In this document: positions 52,660 through 64,000 of the stretch, in pieces
Layout of the letters: the number at the start of each line of letters is the position of its first letter
Numbering within the stretch: position 1 is the first letter of the stretch
Source of the DNA: Octopus vulgaris
Lineage: Eukaryota
DNA length: 64,000 bases
Direction of reading: 5' to 3'
NCBI GenBank assembly: GCA_951406725.2
Contig: OX597817.1
Location: 17,732,001 to 17,796,000 of the forward strand
The notes under the pieces: generated by a model
Databases searched by the model: none
What the model saw: only the letters and a program-made list of their open reading frames with translations
What the model was told of the DNA's origin: nothing
Translations under genes and position numbers: made by a program

Positions 52660-53187
52660 AAATAAAAATAAGTTCAGGTCAATGCTTAAATATATGTTTC
52701 TACAGCTTCAGGTTGATTTTGTATTGGGAAACACTAGCTGTGAGGAAATAGATAGTTTTCCAAGTAAAGTGACCCGCAACAGACCATTGTCTCATCAGGA
52801 TAAGAGACTCTTATCTCTCATTAGTTTAATGCTACAAAAACTGATGTTACTTTAGCTCTAGAGTTCCTTGCAATCTGTAAAAGGACTAACTTTTATATTT
52901 TGTTCTGATAGGCATTTAATATGTAGCATAGTTGTGTAGTTACAGAGTTTGTTTTGTAATAAAGAGGTTTTGGGTTTGATCCCACAGTGAAAGTGTCTTT
53001 GAAAACTTGAGGTGGACTGAATACTTTGAGAGTGGAATTTGATATGCAGAAATCTATCACATGCATGTGTGTGTGTGTGTGTGTGTGTGTATACATGGAT
53101 GGATCTTTTGGTTTCTACAATGAATATTCAGTTACTTGATAAATTGGATCAGCTACTAGTGAACTGACTGCATCCCAGGCATGTGTA

Positions 53188-53340
53188 CATCATCATCATC
53201 ATCGTTTAACGTCCTTTCTCCATGCTAGCATGGCAATGTTTCTACAGCTGGATGCCTTTCCTAACGCCAACCACTCCGTGAGTGTAGTGGGTGCTTTTTA
53301 CATGCCACCCGCACAGGTGCCAGGCGAGGCTGGCAACAGC
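53188..53340 (-). mobile_element. RTE 3'-end fragment, internally deleted
   Basis: (CAT)n tail; ccatgctagcatgg is joined directly to caatgtttctacagctgg. Confidence 0.8.
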
Positions 53341-53772
53341 CCGTTAAAATAATACACAGGTTGAATTAGCTTGACAGTTTATGACAAAGCTGTACATCAG
53401 AGACATAGATATAATCCAAATGGGCTTCTATACAGTTTTTTGTCAACCCAGTTTCATCCACAAGATATGAGTCTATCTAAAAACCAATGGAAATGAGTTC
53501 AATGGACTTCACGGTTGCAAAGCTAACTTCTTAACCATTTGGTTAACAACTATGTAAGTACAGTAGCGGCCATAATATAAGGGTCAGTAAGAACAAGTGT
53601 ATTGAAATAGTTATAATAGAAGATTAACATGTTGAGACTAGATATTTTACACATATTTAGATATATCTAATATCTATCTTTTGTGAAAATAGATGGAAAT
53701 TGAAAGACGTCCATCATACATGTATATATGTGTGTGACTGTGAGTATATGAATATTTGTCTCCTTCTTTTAA

Positions 53773-54170
53773 TCTTTATATATAAAAGTAAGGTTGTGTG
53801 TCTGTCTCCTACGATTTAGATTCCTAACTACTCCCACATTTTGCGGTGCAGTTTAACCAAAACCGGGTATCTTATAGTCGTGATTCATATCGAGCCCTTC
53901 TGGGTATTAGCGCGCGTCTACGATGAGTCTACGATTTAAAAAAAAATTTACCATAATTTTTTTCCATTTTAATGCATTTTTTTCGATATTATATAAGGGA
54001 AGTAACTCTCTAAAAATGTCTACGATTAGTCAACGATTTAAAAAAAAAGTTAACATTTTTTTTTTCCATTTTTAATGCATTTTTTTGCTATTTTTTGGCT
54101 ATAACTCTCTAAAAATACTTATATAGTTATTTCCCTTACAAACCCGAGCAACGCCGGGCGATACTGCTAG
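53773..54170 (+). mobile_element. Non-autonomous Helitron (short form of the 38500 family)
   Basis: A|TCtttatatataaa...cccgagcaacgccggg-cgatactgCTAG|T. Confidence 0.88.
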
Positions 54171-54486
54171 TTATATATAATATTTGTAAAATAAGTGTCA
54201 CTGTCAAACAAGCAGTATCATTCATTTCCGATATTCTACGAGAATATGTTTGGCCAAGGATAAAAATATTACCTTGCTTAGAAACAGGTGAGGGTTGGCG
54301 ACAAAGACACCTGACCATAGAAAATCTACCTCAATAAACTCCATCCAACTCATTGCAAGCATAGAATAGTGGACGTTAAAATGATGATGATAATGATAGG
54401 AACACACACACACAGCCATATATAATAACTGATATAAATGTTGGTTTTTGGTTGATCTCTCTCCAGTTACAATTTACTTAGTACAA

Positions 54487-54521
<35 letters not shown>

Positions 54522-54824
54522 AAGAGAGAGAGAGAGCAAAAGAGGGATACAAAGAGAGTTAACATAAAAAGTTCAAGTCTGAGAGGGGAGAGCATTAAAA
54601 CTGACAAGCAGTGGTAGATGGATAGTAAAGATGCTGAAAGTCGCATAGTGTAGGCAACACACAGACACATAAATGCAGTTTAAGCAGGAGAACAAACTTG
54701 ACAAGTAGTTGGTGGGAAGAAGTAAAGAAGCAGTAACTTTGTGGAGTTTTGTATATGTTTATGTGTCTCTATATAATAACAGCTGACATAAATGTCAATG
54801 TGCTAGTTGATTGATTTCTCCAGC

Positions 54825-54857
<33 letters not shown>

Positions 54858-54995
54858 TGTGTGTGTTAACGTAATAGGTGTAGGATGAGTGCACATATGA
54901 GGCTTGGTAGCAGGCAATGATAACTTTCTGAAAAATACATATCTTTATATAAAATTTCACTGAAATAAGTTTTCGATGAAACTGATTGTGTTTAT

Positions 54996-55409
54996 ACTCT
55001 TACTCCTTTTACTCTTCTACTTGTTTCAGTCATTTGACTGCAGCCATGCTGGAGCACCGCCTTTAATCGAGCAACTCGACCCCGGGACTTATTCTTTGTA
55101 AGCCCAGTACTTATTCTATCGGTATCTTTTGCCAAACCGCTAAGTGACGGGGACGTAAACACACCAGCATCAGTTGTCAAGCAATGCTAGGGGGACAAAC
55201 ACAGACACACAAACACACACACGCATATATATATATACATATATACGACGGGCTTCTTTTCAGTTTCCATCTACCAAATCCACTCACAAGGCATTGGTCG
55301 GCCCGAGGCTATAGTAGAAGACACTTGCCCAAGGTGCCACGCAGTGGGACTGAACCCGGAACCATGTGGTTGGTTAGCAAGCTACTTACCACACAGCCAC
55401 TCCTGCGCC
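54996..55409 (-). mobile_element. SINE family A, full length
   Basis: Complete head ggcgcaggagtggctgtgtggtaag through to the tail. Confidence 0.92.
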
Positions 55410-55934
55410 TATGTTGATAAAATTTAGAAAAATAACATCAAGATGGTAGTGGGGGAGTGACTGATAGGAGAGTGAAAGGGTGTGTGAAATAAAGAAGCAA
55501 GTCTTAAGTCTCTAAGCAATTAATGAAAATCTTACAAAGAACTTGAAAAAAAAAGCTCTCGGAAATTTATTTAAAGCAATCAATGCTTAAATACATACAT
55601 GAGAACATTAATACATTTTAATAGGAACTATACTGCTTCCAACAAACACATTGCACATAATTTTGTTTTGTCTAGTGTTATTCGAGACATATTTTCTTCT
55701 AATTTTGGAGTGCTGATTCCAAAACTGAAATCCATTTTGCTCTATCACATCAAGATTTTTCACAAAACTCAAATGTTTATTTTTCAACATTTCAGGTGTT
55801 GTCATCATTTCTAAGGAGAGATGTGGCTTCATCAAATGCAGACCCATGTATGGATCTATTTTGAAAACATACAGTTTTTCAATGTCATTTAAAGAAAATG
55901 CAATTACAAAAGTGAAAACAAAGTCATAATTTAA

Positions 55935-56154
55935 CCCTTTTGATACCAACCCGGCTGAAACTGGCTCTGGCTCTGAGTACAAATGTCTTGTTTTCATAAG
56001 TTTTGAATTAAAATCTTCCACCAAACCTTAGTCACAATTTATGTTCCTAACACTAGCTTAATGATAACTAAGTTATTTTACTAAATTCTTTGTTATATTG
56101 AAAGTATTTGAAAGAAATACAGAGCATCTCAAAATAAATACAGTAACAAAAGAG
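55935..56154. mobile_element. piggyBac-like MITE, second family
   Basis: TTAA|cccttttgatac ... gtaacaaaagag|TTAA. A relative lies at about 49261-49473. Confidence 0.72.
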
Positions 56155-56577
56155 TTAAGTATTTTCAATAAATAAAATGCATCCATTAAGCAACTTTCAC
56201 TATTTTCAACCTGACCAGTTTTAAATGTCAGGATGACAGAAATGTCCTTTATATAATTAGATGCTAACAAACACCACATTTCTGTTATCCTTGACATCAT
56301 ACCTGTCTCATATTTGTGGAAGTTGTCAGCAGATATAATCATGCAGTGCTTGATTTAGTGTGACTATCATTGTAAACCAGGTGAAACATGTTTTGTTGAA
56401 TCTTTAACTATTTCTTATGAAAATTGGTATTTTGAATGTCGCCTTAATGTTTTAATTGTGAGGTCACATGGGTTAAGGTCACTTTTGGTCGAGTATGGTC
56501 AAAGAGCTGTAGATACATGATACATATGCTCTTTATGAAATTTTGCCATCACAAATCTGCATTTGCTTACCTTTATA

Positions 56578-56790
56578 ACTCTTTACTCTTTTACTTGTTT
56601 CAGTCATTTGACTGCAGCCATGCTGGAGCACCGCCTTTAGTCGAACAAATCGATCCCGGGACTTATTCTTTGTAAGCCCAGTACTTATTCTATCGGTCGC
56701 TTTTGCCGAACCGCTAAGTTACGGCGACGTAAACACACCAGCATCGGTTGTCAAGCAATGCTAGGGGGACAAACACAGACACACAAACAT

Positions 56791-56841
<51 letters not shown>

Positions 56842-57004
56842 TACGACAGGCTTCTTTCAGTTTCCGTCTACCAAATCCACTCACAAGGCATTGGTCGGCC
56901 CGGGGCTATAGTAGAAGACACTTGCCCAAGATGCCACGCAGTGGGACTGAACCCGGAACCATGCGGTTGGTAACCAAGGTACTTACCACACAGCCACTCC
57001 TGCC
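56578..57004 (-). mobile_element. SINE family A
   Basis: Near full-length copy. Confidence 0.9.
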
Positions 57005-57068
57005 AACAATTCTGAAAATGCTTTACCCAGGTGACAACTGACTCGAATACGTTTTGTCTTTCAAAAAT

Positions 57069-57667
57069 ATGGTCAGTTGTGAGAGAAGAAAATGCAAAAA
57101 CAGCCCTGATGTGTTCTTCAATATTAGTGGATGTTACACTTTACCTAGGCAGTAAAACAAAAATCACATTTTGTGAAGGAAGCTTGCTTTAGCATAAAAC
57201 TGGGTGATCAAAATAAAGTCTGGCTACCCCATATCGTGTGTAATACATGTGTTGAAACACAGAGACAGTGACAGCTTCAAATACTTAAGCTGAAAGTTTC
57301 CAATTTTGTCTTATGAGAAAATTAAGGCTGGTGGGTTTGACAGGCTACATACAGATTAGGTTATTACAGGATGAACAGGTTTTGGAGATCACGTCTGACC
57401 TAGAAAAAGAAACATGGAATTCTTTTATCGCAGTTGTGCCTAATTTCCTGGGAAACAGGAAGTCATCAAATTATGAACATGTGCAGACCCTGTTAACCAG
57501 TTTTTTGAGCACTGGGCTACAACATGAGCACAAAAGTGCACTTCCTGTGCAGTCACCAAGGTAGGTGGAGCACAAACATGATGGTAGGCTACAGGTGGTC
57601 TCTGCAAAGCGAATGTCATGATGCAAGGTATTCATACAAAGCAGTAAAGAGAAAGTTCACTCCTTGG
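57069..57667 (+). pseudogene. Decayed, internally deleted Chapaev3-like (CMC superfamily) transposase
   Basis: Fragments RRKCKNSPDVF..I.G, IKLGDQNKVWLPHIVCNTCVE, EKETWNSFIAVVPNFLGNRKSSNY, MSTKVHFLCSH and QGRWSTNMM, with stops and frameshifts. Family assignment is from recalled motifs. Confidence 0.75.
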
Positions 57668-57681
57668 ATATTTGACAGAAA

Positions 57682-58096
57682 TCATCATCATCATCATCGT
57701 TTAACGTCCGTTCTCCATGCTAGCATGGGTTGGACGGTTCAACCGGGGATCTGGGAAGCCAGAAGGCTGCACCAGGCTCCGGTCTTATCTGGCAAAGTTT
57801 CTACAGCTGGATGCCCTTCCTAACGCCAACCACTCCGAGAGTGTAATGGGTGCTTTTTATGTGCCACCTGCACTGGTGCCAGACGAGGCTGGCATCGGCC
57901 ACGGATGGATTGGTGCATTTTACGTGCCACCTGCACGGAAGCCAGTCGAGGCGGCGCTGGCTTCGGCCACGATTCGGATGGTGCTTTTTACGTGCCACCG
58001 ACACGGAAGCCAGTCGAGGCGGCACTGGCTTCGGTCACGATCTGGATGGTGCTTTTTACGTGCCACCGACACGGAAGCCAGTCGAAGCGGCGCTGG
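57682..58096 (-). mobile_element. RTE 3'-end fragment with about 4 tandem UTR units
   Basis: Repeated ggtgctttttacgtgccacc-gacacggaagccagtcgaggcggc units. Confidence 0.88.
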
Positions 58097-58905
58097 AATA
58101 TCTATCCTAAAATGTGTAATTAAACATTTTGTGTAATATGTTTGTTAAACAATAAAAGTACTATTTGGTTTGTGTTAGTTTCTGTTATACTATCGAAGTT
58201 AGTGGCAAAATCAACATTTTTTAGTAAACAAATTCATTCCAGTTTAACAAAAAAACTTGACACGATAGAAAATTTCTAAAGGCATTTCTGAATCAAGCAC
58301 CATCAAATTAGGTAGGGCTAATTGTAAAAAGCAAGGGAAGTCAAAATTTATTTTAAAAAAGTTTCAGTGTTATCAATAAAATAATAAAAGCAGCTGACCA
58401 GCCCTATTGCATACACACAAACAATACAATTGTGCTTATTCAGATAGTAAGCTGTAGAAAAAAGTTTGACGTGATGGAAGAAAACTGACTGTAGTTTTGA
58501 AATCAGCATATCAATTTTAGTGTAAATCAAGTGAAATGGCAAACTCAGTAGAAATTATGTTCAAAACTGCTCCCATGTCATGAATGGGAAAGTGGGAAGG
58601 CGTGATAAAACATCAGGCAACTATATTTTCCTGATATTACCTATAATGGCGAAAGTGTACTTCCAAAATTACCTGTTAAATGATTGGTAATACTAATCAT
58701 CATTTCAACTTCTGCATTACAATGTTTGCATGCTTTGGACAGAGTTTATTGAGGCAAATTTTCTACAGAAGGATGTTCTGCCTGTCATCAACCCGTATTT
58801 GTTTCATAGCAAGGTAATATTTCCTGTTGGTCAGACAGGATACACAGTGGAACTGAATGTGAAACTATAAAGTTGAGAAGTAAACTTCTTAACTACACAG
58901 CCATG

Positions 58906-59236
58906 CATCATCATCATCATCATCATCATCGTTTAACGTCCGTTCTCCATGCTAGCATGGGTTGGACGGTTCGACCGGGGATCTGGGAAGCCAGAAGGCT
59001 GCACCAGGCTCCAGTCTTATCTGGCAATGTTTCTACAGCTGGATGCCCTTCCTAACGCCAACCACTCCGTGAGTGTAGTGGGTGCTTTTTACGTGCCACC
59101 CGCACAGGTGCCAGGCGAAGCTGGCAACAGCTACGGTCGGATTGGTGCATTTTACGTGCCACTGGCACGGAAGCCAGTCGAGGTGGCGCTGGCATCGGCC
59201 ACGATTCGGATAGTGCTTTTTACGTACCACCAGTCC
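58906..59236 (-). mobile_element. RTE 3'-end fragment
   Basis: Very similar to the 57682 copy, with fewer units. Confidence 0.88.
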
Positions 59237-62187
59237 AGGGGTCCTGGCATATTTATATATCTTCCACTGGTTTACATCAATATAGAATATAAACATTAGT
59301 GAGAAAATGAGAAAATGGCCCTTTTAGGAATGATTTTCCTTGCACCAGTTGAGAATCCCTTATTATTCTTGCTGGCAGAAATGCAGTGAATCCATGCTAG
59401 CCCCCTTCAAAACTTATAACTGACAATGCTATGATTCACAGAGTGTAGTCATTTATATTTAACAAAATACCCTAGAAAATGTGATGTATTAATGTATGTC
59501 AAACAGCTTACTATGTACATAGCTTTAATTAAATGCTCCCACTTAATTTGCTTAATTCTTTTATCTATTAAGATAAACTGAAGCCTCCATAACTTCCTTT
59601 CCCTAGCCTGCTGTCCTTACAATTAGTAATGACACACAACTCATTGCTTTTTAGGGTATAGTGAATTGTTTAAGAAAAAGGAAAAGTATGTTTATGGCAG
59701 GGTAATGATATGATCTAGCAACCACAGATTCAATTTGAAGCTTACATAATTGAGAATCAATCATCATGGCTATTTAGTGACTGTAGAATCAGCATCAGCA
59801 ACAGGTTAACCAGTTTGCTACCAAGGTGACAATGAAATTCACTGTCTGCCTTCTTGTGAAAAAAAAAAAAAAAAGTACACGGTTAAAACTGCTATCTCCC
59901 TTTGAATACAGATTTGTTAGCCACTCACGGCAATCTTAAAACATGAATTTGAACTATTTGTGTTCTGGATTAAACATTCCATGCTATTCCCACTTTGGAA
60001 GTCAGAGTTATACCAGAAATGAACCCAAACTTCGACCACAAGCATACACTTTAGCTTTTTGAAGCCATACCTCAATAGTATGCTCTTTGGTGGTTTTTCA
60101 CTGACAACTCTCACCTTTACAGAGTCCCCTGATAAGATACCAACATCTCTCAATTTTCATTTGACCATTACAGCAATCAAACAGGTACGCAGATCAGTTA
60201 TTCAGATTAATCATGCAGTTTAGTTTACCAACCATTACAGCTTTACCAGCACTCTCGAATTTTGCTTTTCTCTATAGACTACCAAATAAACAGGTCACAT
60301 TATAAAAATAAAAAACAATATCACATTGACATCAGCTTTTTCCACTCATGAAGCCCACTTACCAGACATTAGTCTTTTAGTATTTAAACTAGCCATATCC
60401 AGCCCAAATATTCTACACGTTTTATGTTCAAATTGGCCAGATCTGATCACTCGCTTACCCTACAATGTCACTCTAAAAATAAACAATTACATCATAGAAA
60501 TCTTGATACTACAAGATAATACATAATTTAAAAGAAAACAAAGTAATCTAAATGCTAAAGGCAATGACAAATTTCTCTTACACAGGACCTTCATATGACA
60601 ATTTGACCACAGCTTGTTCCAAACTGCATCGCACACACATGTCCTTCAACCTGCACTGCATCAAGAAAATCTCTACTTTGAATACAACTACTCATTCAGG
60701 TAGTCTCACAAAGCATTAACTATTTCTGCTAACTCAGGTAAAAAAAAAAAAAAAAAATTGTGCATTTGTTTTTCTCATTTTTACCAAAACAAAATTATCT
60801 TTTTTGAACCATGCAAGACTTTCAAAATGAATTTGTATTCATTCATGCACACAAATGAAACTAAGCATTTTCAAATGTTGACATTTTAAAACCAATTATG
60901 AATTGCTAACTAATTTAGATCTGCACTCACAACCTTTTGTACAAACATATAAACTACTATTTTATATTACTTGAACTGTTGTTTATTTTGCTATGAATTG
61001 CGCTTTGAATCACTGTTTAATGTCACTTTGAATAATTATCTTATCAATTAGAATAGGCAAGGACTATAACTGTAAGTGGTAAAAGTGGAATATAAAGATA
61101 CACACACAAACACACACTAAAATGTTTTTAATTTTTTCCTTTTCACTATTGACTAAAATAGACTTAATTCTAGAATGCCACTAGCATTATTGAAATATTT
61201 TCAAAGACCTTAGTGCAAGTGATTTCATTTTCTGTCTCTTTGATAAATGAACTTGCTACACACAATTCTACATATATTATCTGAATATACTTGTTCTCAC
61301 CTTTCTTCAAGGTTTTCCGCACCACTGCCTATTCTTTCTGGCAAACTTGTATATATAAAAGTTTGTTTTTTCTTTCTAATATGCTACAAATCATAGAGTT
61401 AATCATTGCTGCCTCCACCACTACACTACAGTTTTAGCCCATTTTTTCAAGCTTGCATCGATCAGCTGAATCTTCTTCAGTACAATATCTCACCACTTAC
61501 AGTATTTTGTCATCTCCTTAGTGGTTTCCTGGGCTTCAGCCTCTGGAGGCCAGTTTTCACCACTTCTTCCAATGTCTTCTTTGGTTCTCTTTTTTTCTCA
61601 GCTTTCTTCTACTTGAATTGCTTAGCACTTCTTTGCCTAACAGTCAGCCATACACATCACATGTATGAAGACAATCTTATATCTAGCACACTACAACAGA
61701 TACCTCTTTCAATAAAATTTCTTCTCAGTTCATTTGTGTTCTGTCCATCATTACTTGATCAGGGTTGACCTGGGGCTAAACAACAACTAGATCGTTGTTT
61801 TATTTTTTATAGGTATAAATTTTCATAATATTGAAGAATCAGCTGGATGGCTAATACAATTTAACTAAAACCTACTTATAGACAACACTAAAAGCTGAAA
61901 ACCATTTATAGAGTGACTTTATACATTTCTCCAACAGTCTGTTTCCTATATTACATTACTACTACTAGTGTGAGCTATGATGCTGATAATCTATATTGGA
62001 CAACATATATCTCACCTGGGATTGATTTTATCCTCTTAACCATTTGCCTGCCTTGCTATCCAGACAGAGAATACAAGTCAATAATTGTTCTCCATCCCAC
62101 CAAATAGATTTTGGAAAAACATCCAGATTCATATTATAACATATTGCAATATGTATAGTGATCTAAACATTAACACTATTATTAACA

Positions 62188-62209
62188 TACACACACACAC
62201 ACACACATG

Positions 62210-62268
<59 letters not shown>
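62188..62268. repeat. (CA)n-(TA)n compound microsatellite, representative of many in the window
   Basis: Read directly. Similar tracts at about 5497, 22520-22588, 29894, 30222-30300, 51046-51100 and 54488-54537. Confidence 0.95.
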
Positions 62269-63042
62269 GCAAAGTAAACATGGAGCATGAATGAAATGCA
62301 TTTGCAATTTTCCATCTCTCTTTTTTTCCCTTTAGTTTTTTGGGGTCTTGATTAATGTGGCATCATGATAGATACCTGAAAGTTAACCCATTCACTTCTA
62401 TATATCTAACCAAAATACACCCTTATATGTTTCAAATTCTACAATAATTATGAATTTAGACTGGTTTCATAAAACGAATCTTTTTATTATTTATCAAAAT
62501 ATTAATGTGATTTTTGGAACACAATTTAACAAAAGGTTCTTAATCAAATCTGTTTCATAATTATTGTCTCAAAGTGAATCTGATTACAGCTAAATTCAAC
62601 AAAATATAAATTTTGTTATCAGCTAATAATTAATGACTAATCAAAATTTTAATTGAGAATTGTGCAAATTACTAGTTTATTTATTAGATTCACATAAGAC
62701 AAGAGTATCATAAAGGTAAAACAGAATGGAATACTGGAACCTGTCTTTGAGAAAAACTAGGAAACAAATATATGTCATCAACTAAATGAAATAAACTCAC
62801 ACATATACATACATTCACAGAAACACATATAATCACAATTTACAATCCAAATTAATCAAACTTTGTTACACATTTTACAGGTAAATTACAAGTAAATAAA
62901 AAAAATAAAAATGAGAAAAAATATTTAAATATCTATAAATCAAATTCTCTTTCTCTCTCTCTCTCACACACACACTATTCCTAAAAGTGCGTGGATTTCT
63001 AACTTTCTTCCAAGTATGTGAGAAACTTTAAAATATCTATCA

Positions 63043-63445
63043 GGTGCAGGAGTGGCTGTGTGGTAAGTAGCTTGTTTACCAACCACATGGTTCCAGGTTC
63101 AGTCCCACTGTGTGGCACCTTGGGCAAGTGTCTTCTACTATAGCCTCGAGCTGACCAAAGCCTTGTGAGTGGATTTGGTAGACGGAAACTGAAAAGAAGC
63201 CCGTCATATATATGTATATATGCATGTGTGTGTTTGTGTGTCAGTGTTTGTCCCCCCTAGCATTGCTTGACAACCGATGCTGGTGTGTTTATGTCCCCGT
63301 TACTTAGCGGTTCGGCAAAAGAGACCGATAGAATAAGTACTGGGCTTACAAAAAGAATAAGTCCCGGGGTCGAGTTGCTCGATTAAAGGCGGTACTCCAG
63401 CATGGCCACAGTCAAATGACTGAAACAAGTAAAAGAGTAAAGAGT
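63043..63445 (+). mobile_element. SINE family A, full length
   Basis: ggtgcaggagtggctgtgtgg...aaaagagtaaagagt. Confidence 0.92.
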
Positions 63446-64000
63446 AACTGTTGCCAGAATCGTTTCACTTGTGGAAAAAAGAAATGCCCAATTAATAATC
63501 ACGTGTGGTTTTTATGTTTGTCATATATTTTCTTAGATTTTTTTCGTGTCTTATGAAAATACTTGGATTTCAAATTCACTGCTTCACAACATGAAAATAG
63601 TATCCATTTTCCTTCCTTGGTGAAACATTTCAGAAAATTGAAGTGGAAAAAACAAATCTCCAAAAATTCACAGTGCTCAGATATCATGTACAGTAATTGC
63701 TGAAAAACTCAATCATTTATACAGTGAAACCACGTGTTTTCATGAATCTACTAATGAGATTTGCGCTGAAGTTCTCATTAAAATATGAATAGGTAATTTC
63801 CGCTGGTTTCGGGTGCTTTGGTAATACTAAAAAAAAAAAAAAACATTTCAAGTGGCTACGGCCTTGTTAGAACGAAAGGATTAGTTATTGATAACACAAC
63901 AATTAGCATCAAAGATGTGTAATTAATAATTAACTAACAACATTATAATAGTATCTAATAAACACTTAAATCTTGATAATACTGAAGAGATAAATGCATA

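Noticed and set aside
8926-57041. Recurrent ORFs such as ...RLPNPLTRHWSARGYSRRHLPKVPRSGTEPGTMW and ...LDALPNANHSVSVVGAFYVPP
   Set aside because: They are incidental translations of SINE A and of the RTE 3' UTR, not a gene family.
49153-64000. PIAS first coding exon (MAD..ELK-like, phase-0 donor)
   Set aside because: No suitable ATG plus donor was found; it probably lies beyond the window.

Overview
AT-rich, repeat-dense animal genomic DNA. It is very probably octopus (coleoid cephalopod), inferred from the tRNA/CORE-like SINEs, the (GAT)n-tailed RTE LINE fragments and the microsatellite load. The whole window appears to lie inside one minus-strand gene, a PIAS/Su(var)2-10 family SUMO E3 ligase. 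The SAP-domain exon (49152-48992) splices in frame over about 28 kb to an exon starting RRFP (20717-20611), and probably on to an 84-nt exon (794-711). The first exon and the PINIT/SP-RING exons were not found and presumably lie outside the window. The introns hold SINEs (at least three families), RTE and CR1-like LINE pieces, non-autonomous Helitrons, hAT, piggyBac-like and Tc1-like MITEs, and a decayed Chapaev3-like transposase. Most ORF-track entries are repeat artefacts. Signals of most interest: (i) many candidate frame-preserving cassette and micro-exons, possible terminal or poison exons, and a recursive-splice-like site in the SAP-PINIT linker, including two 57-nt phase-2 exons that may be a mutually exclusive pair; (ii) two unrelated retro-type insertions with near-perfect 5' fold-back hairpins; (iii) a local 291-bp templated copy of a dead LINE segment. 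All alternative exons are by-eye predictions and need RNA evidence.
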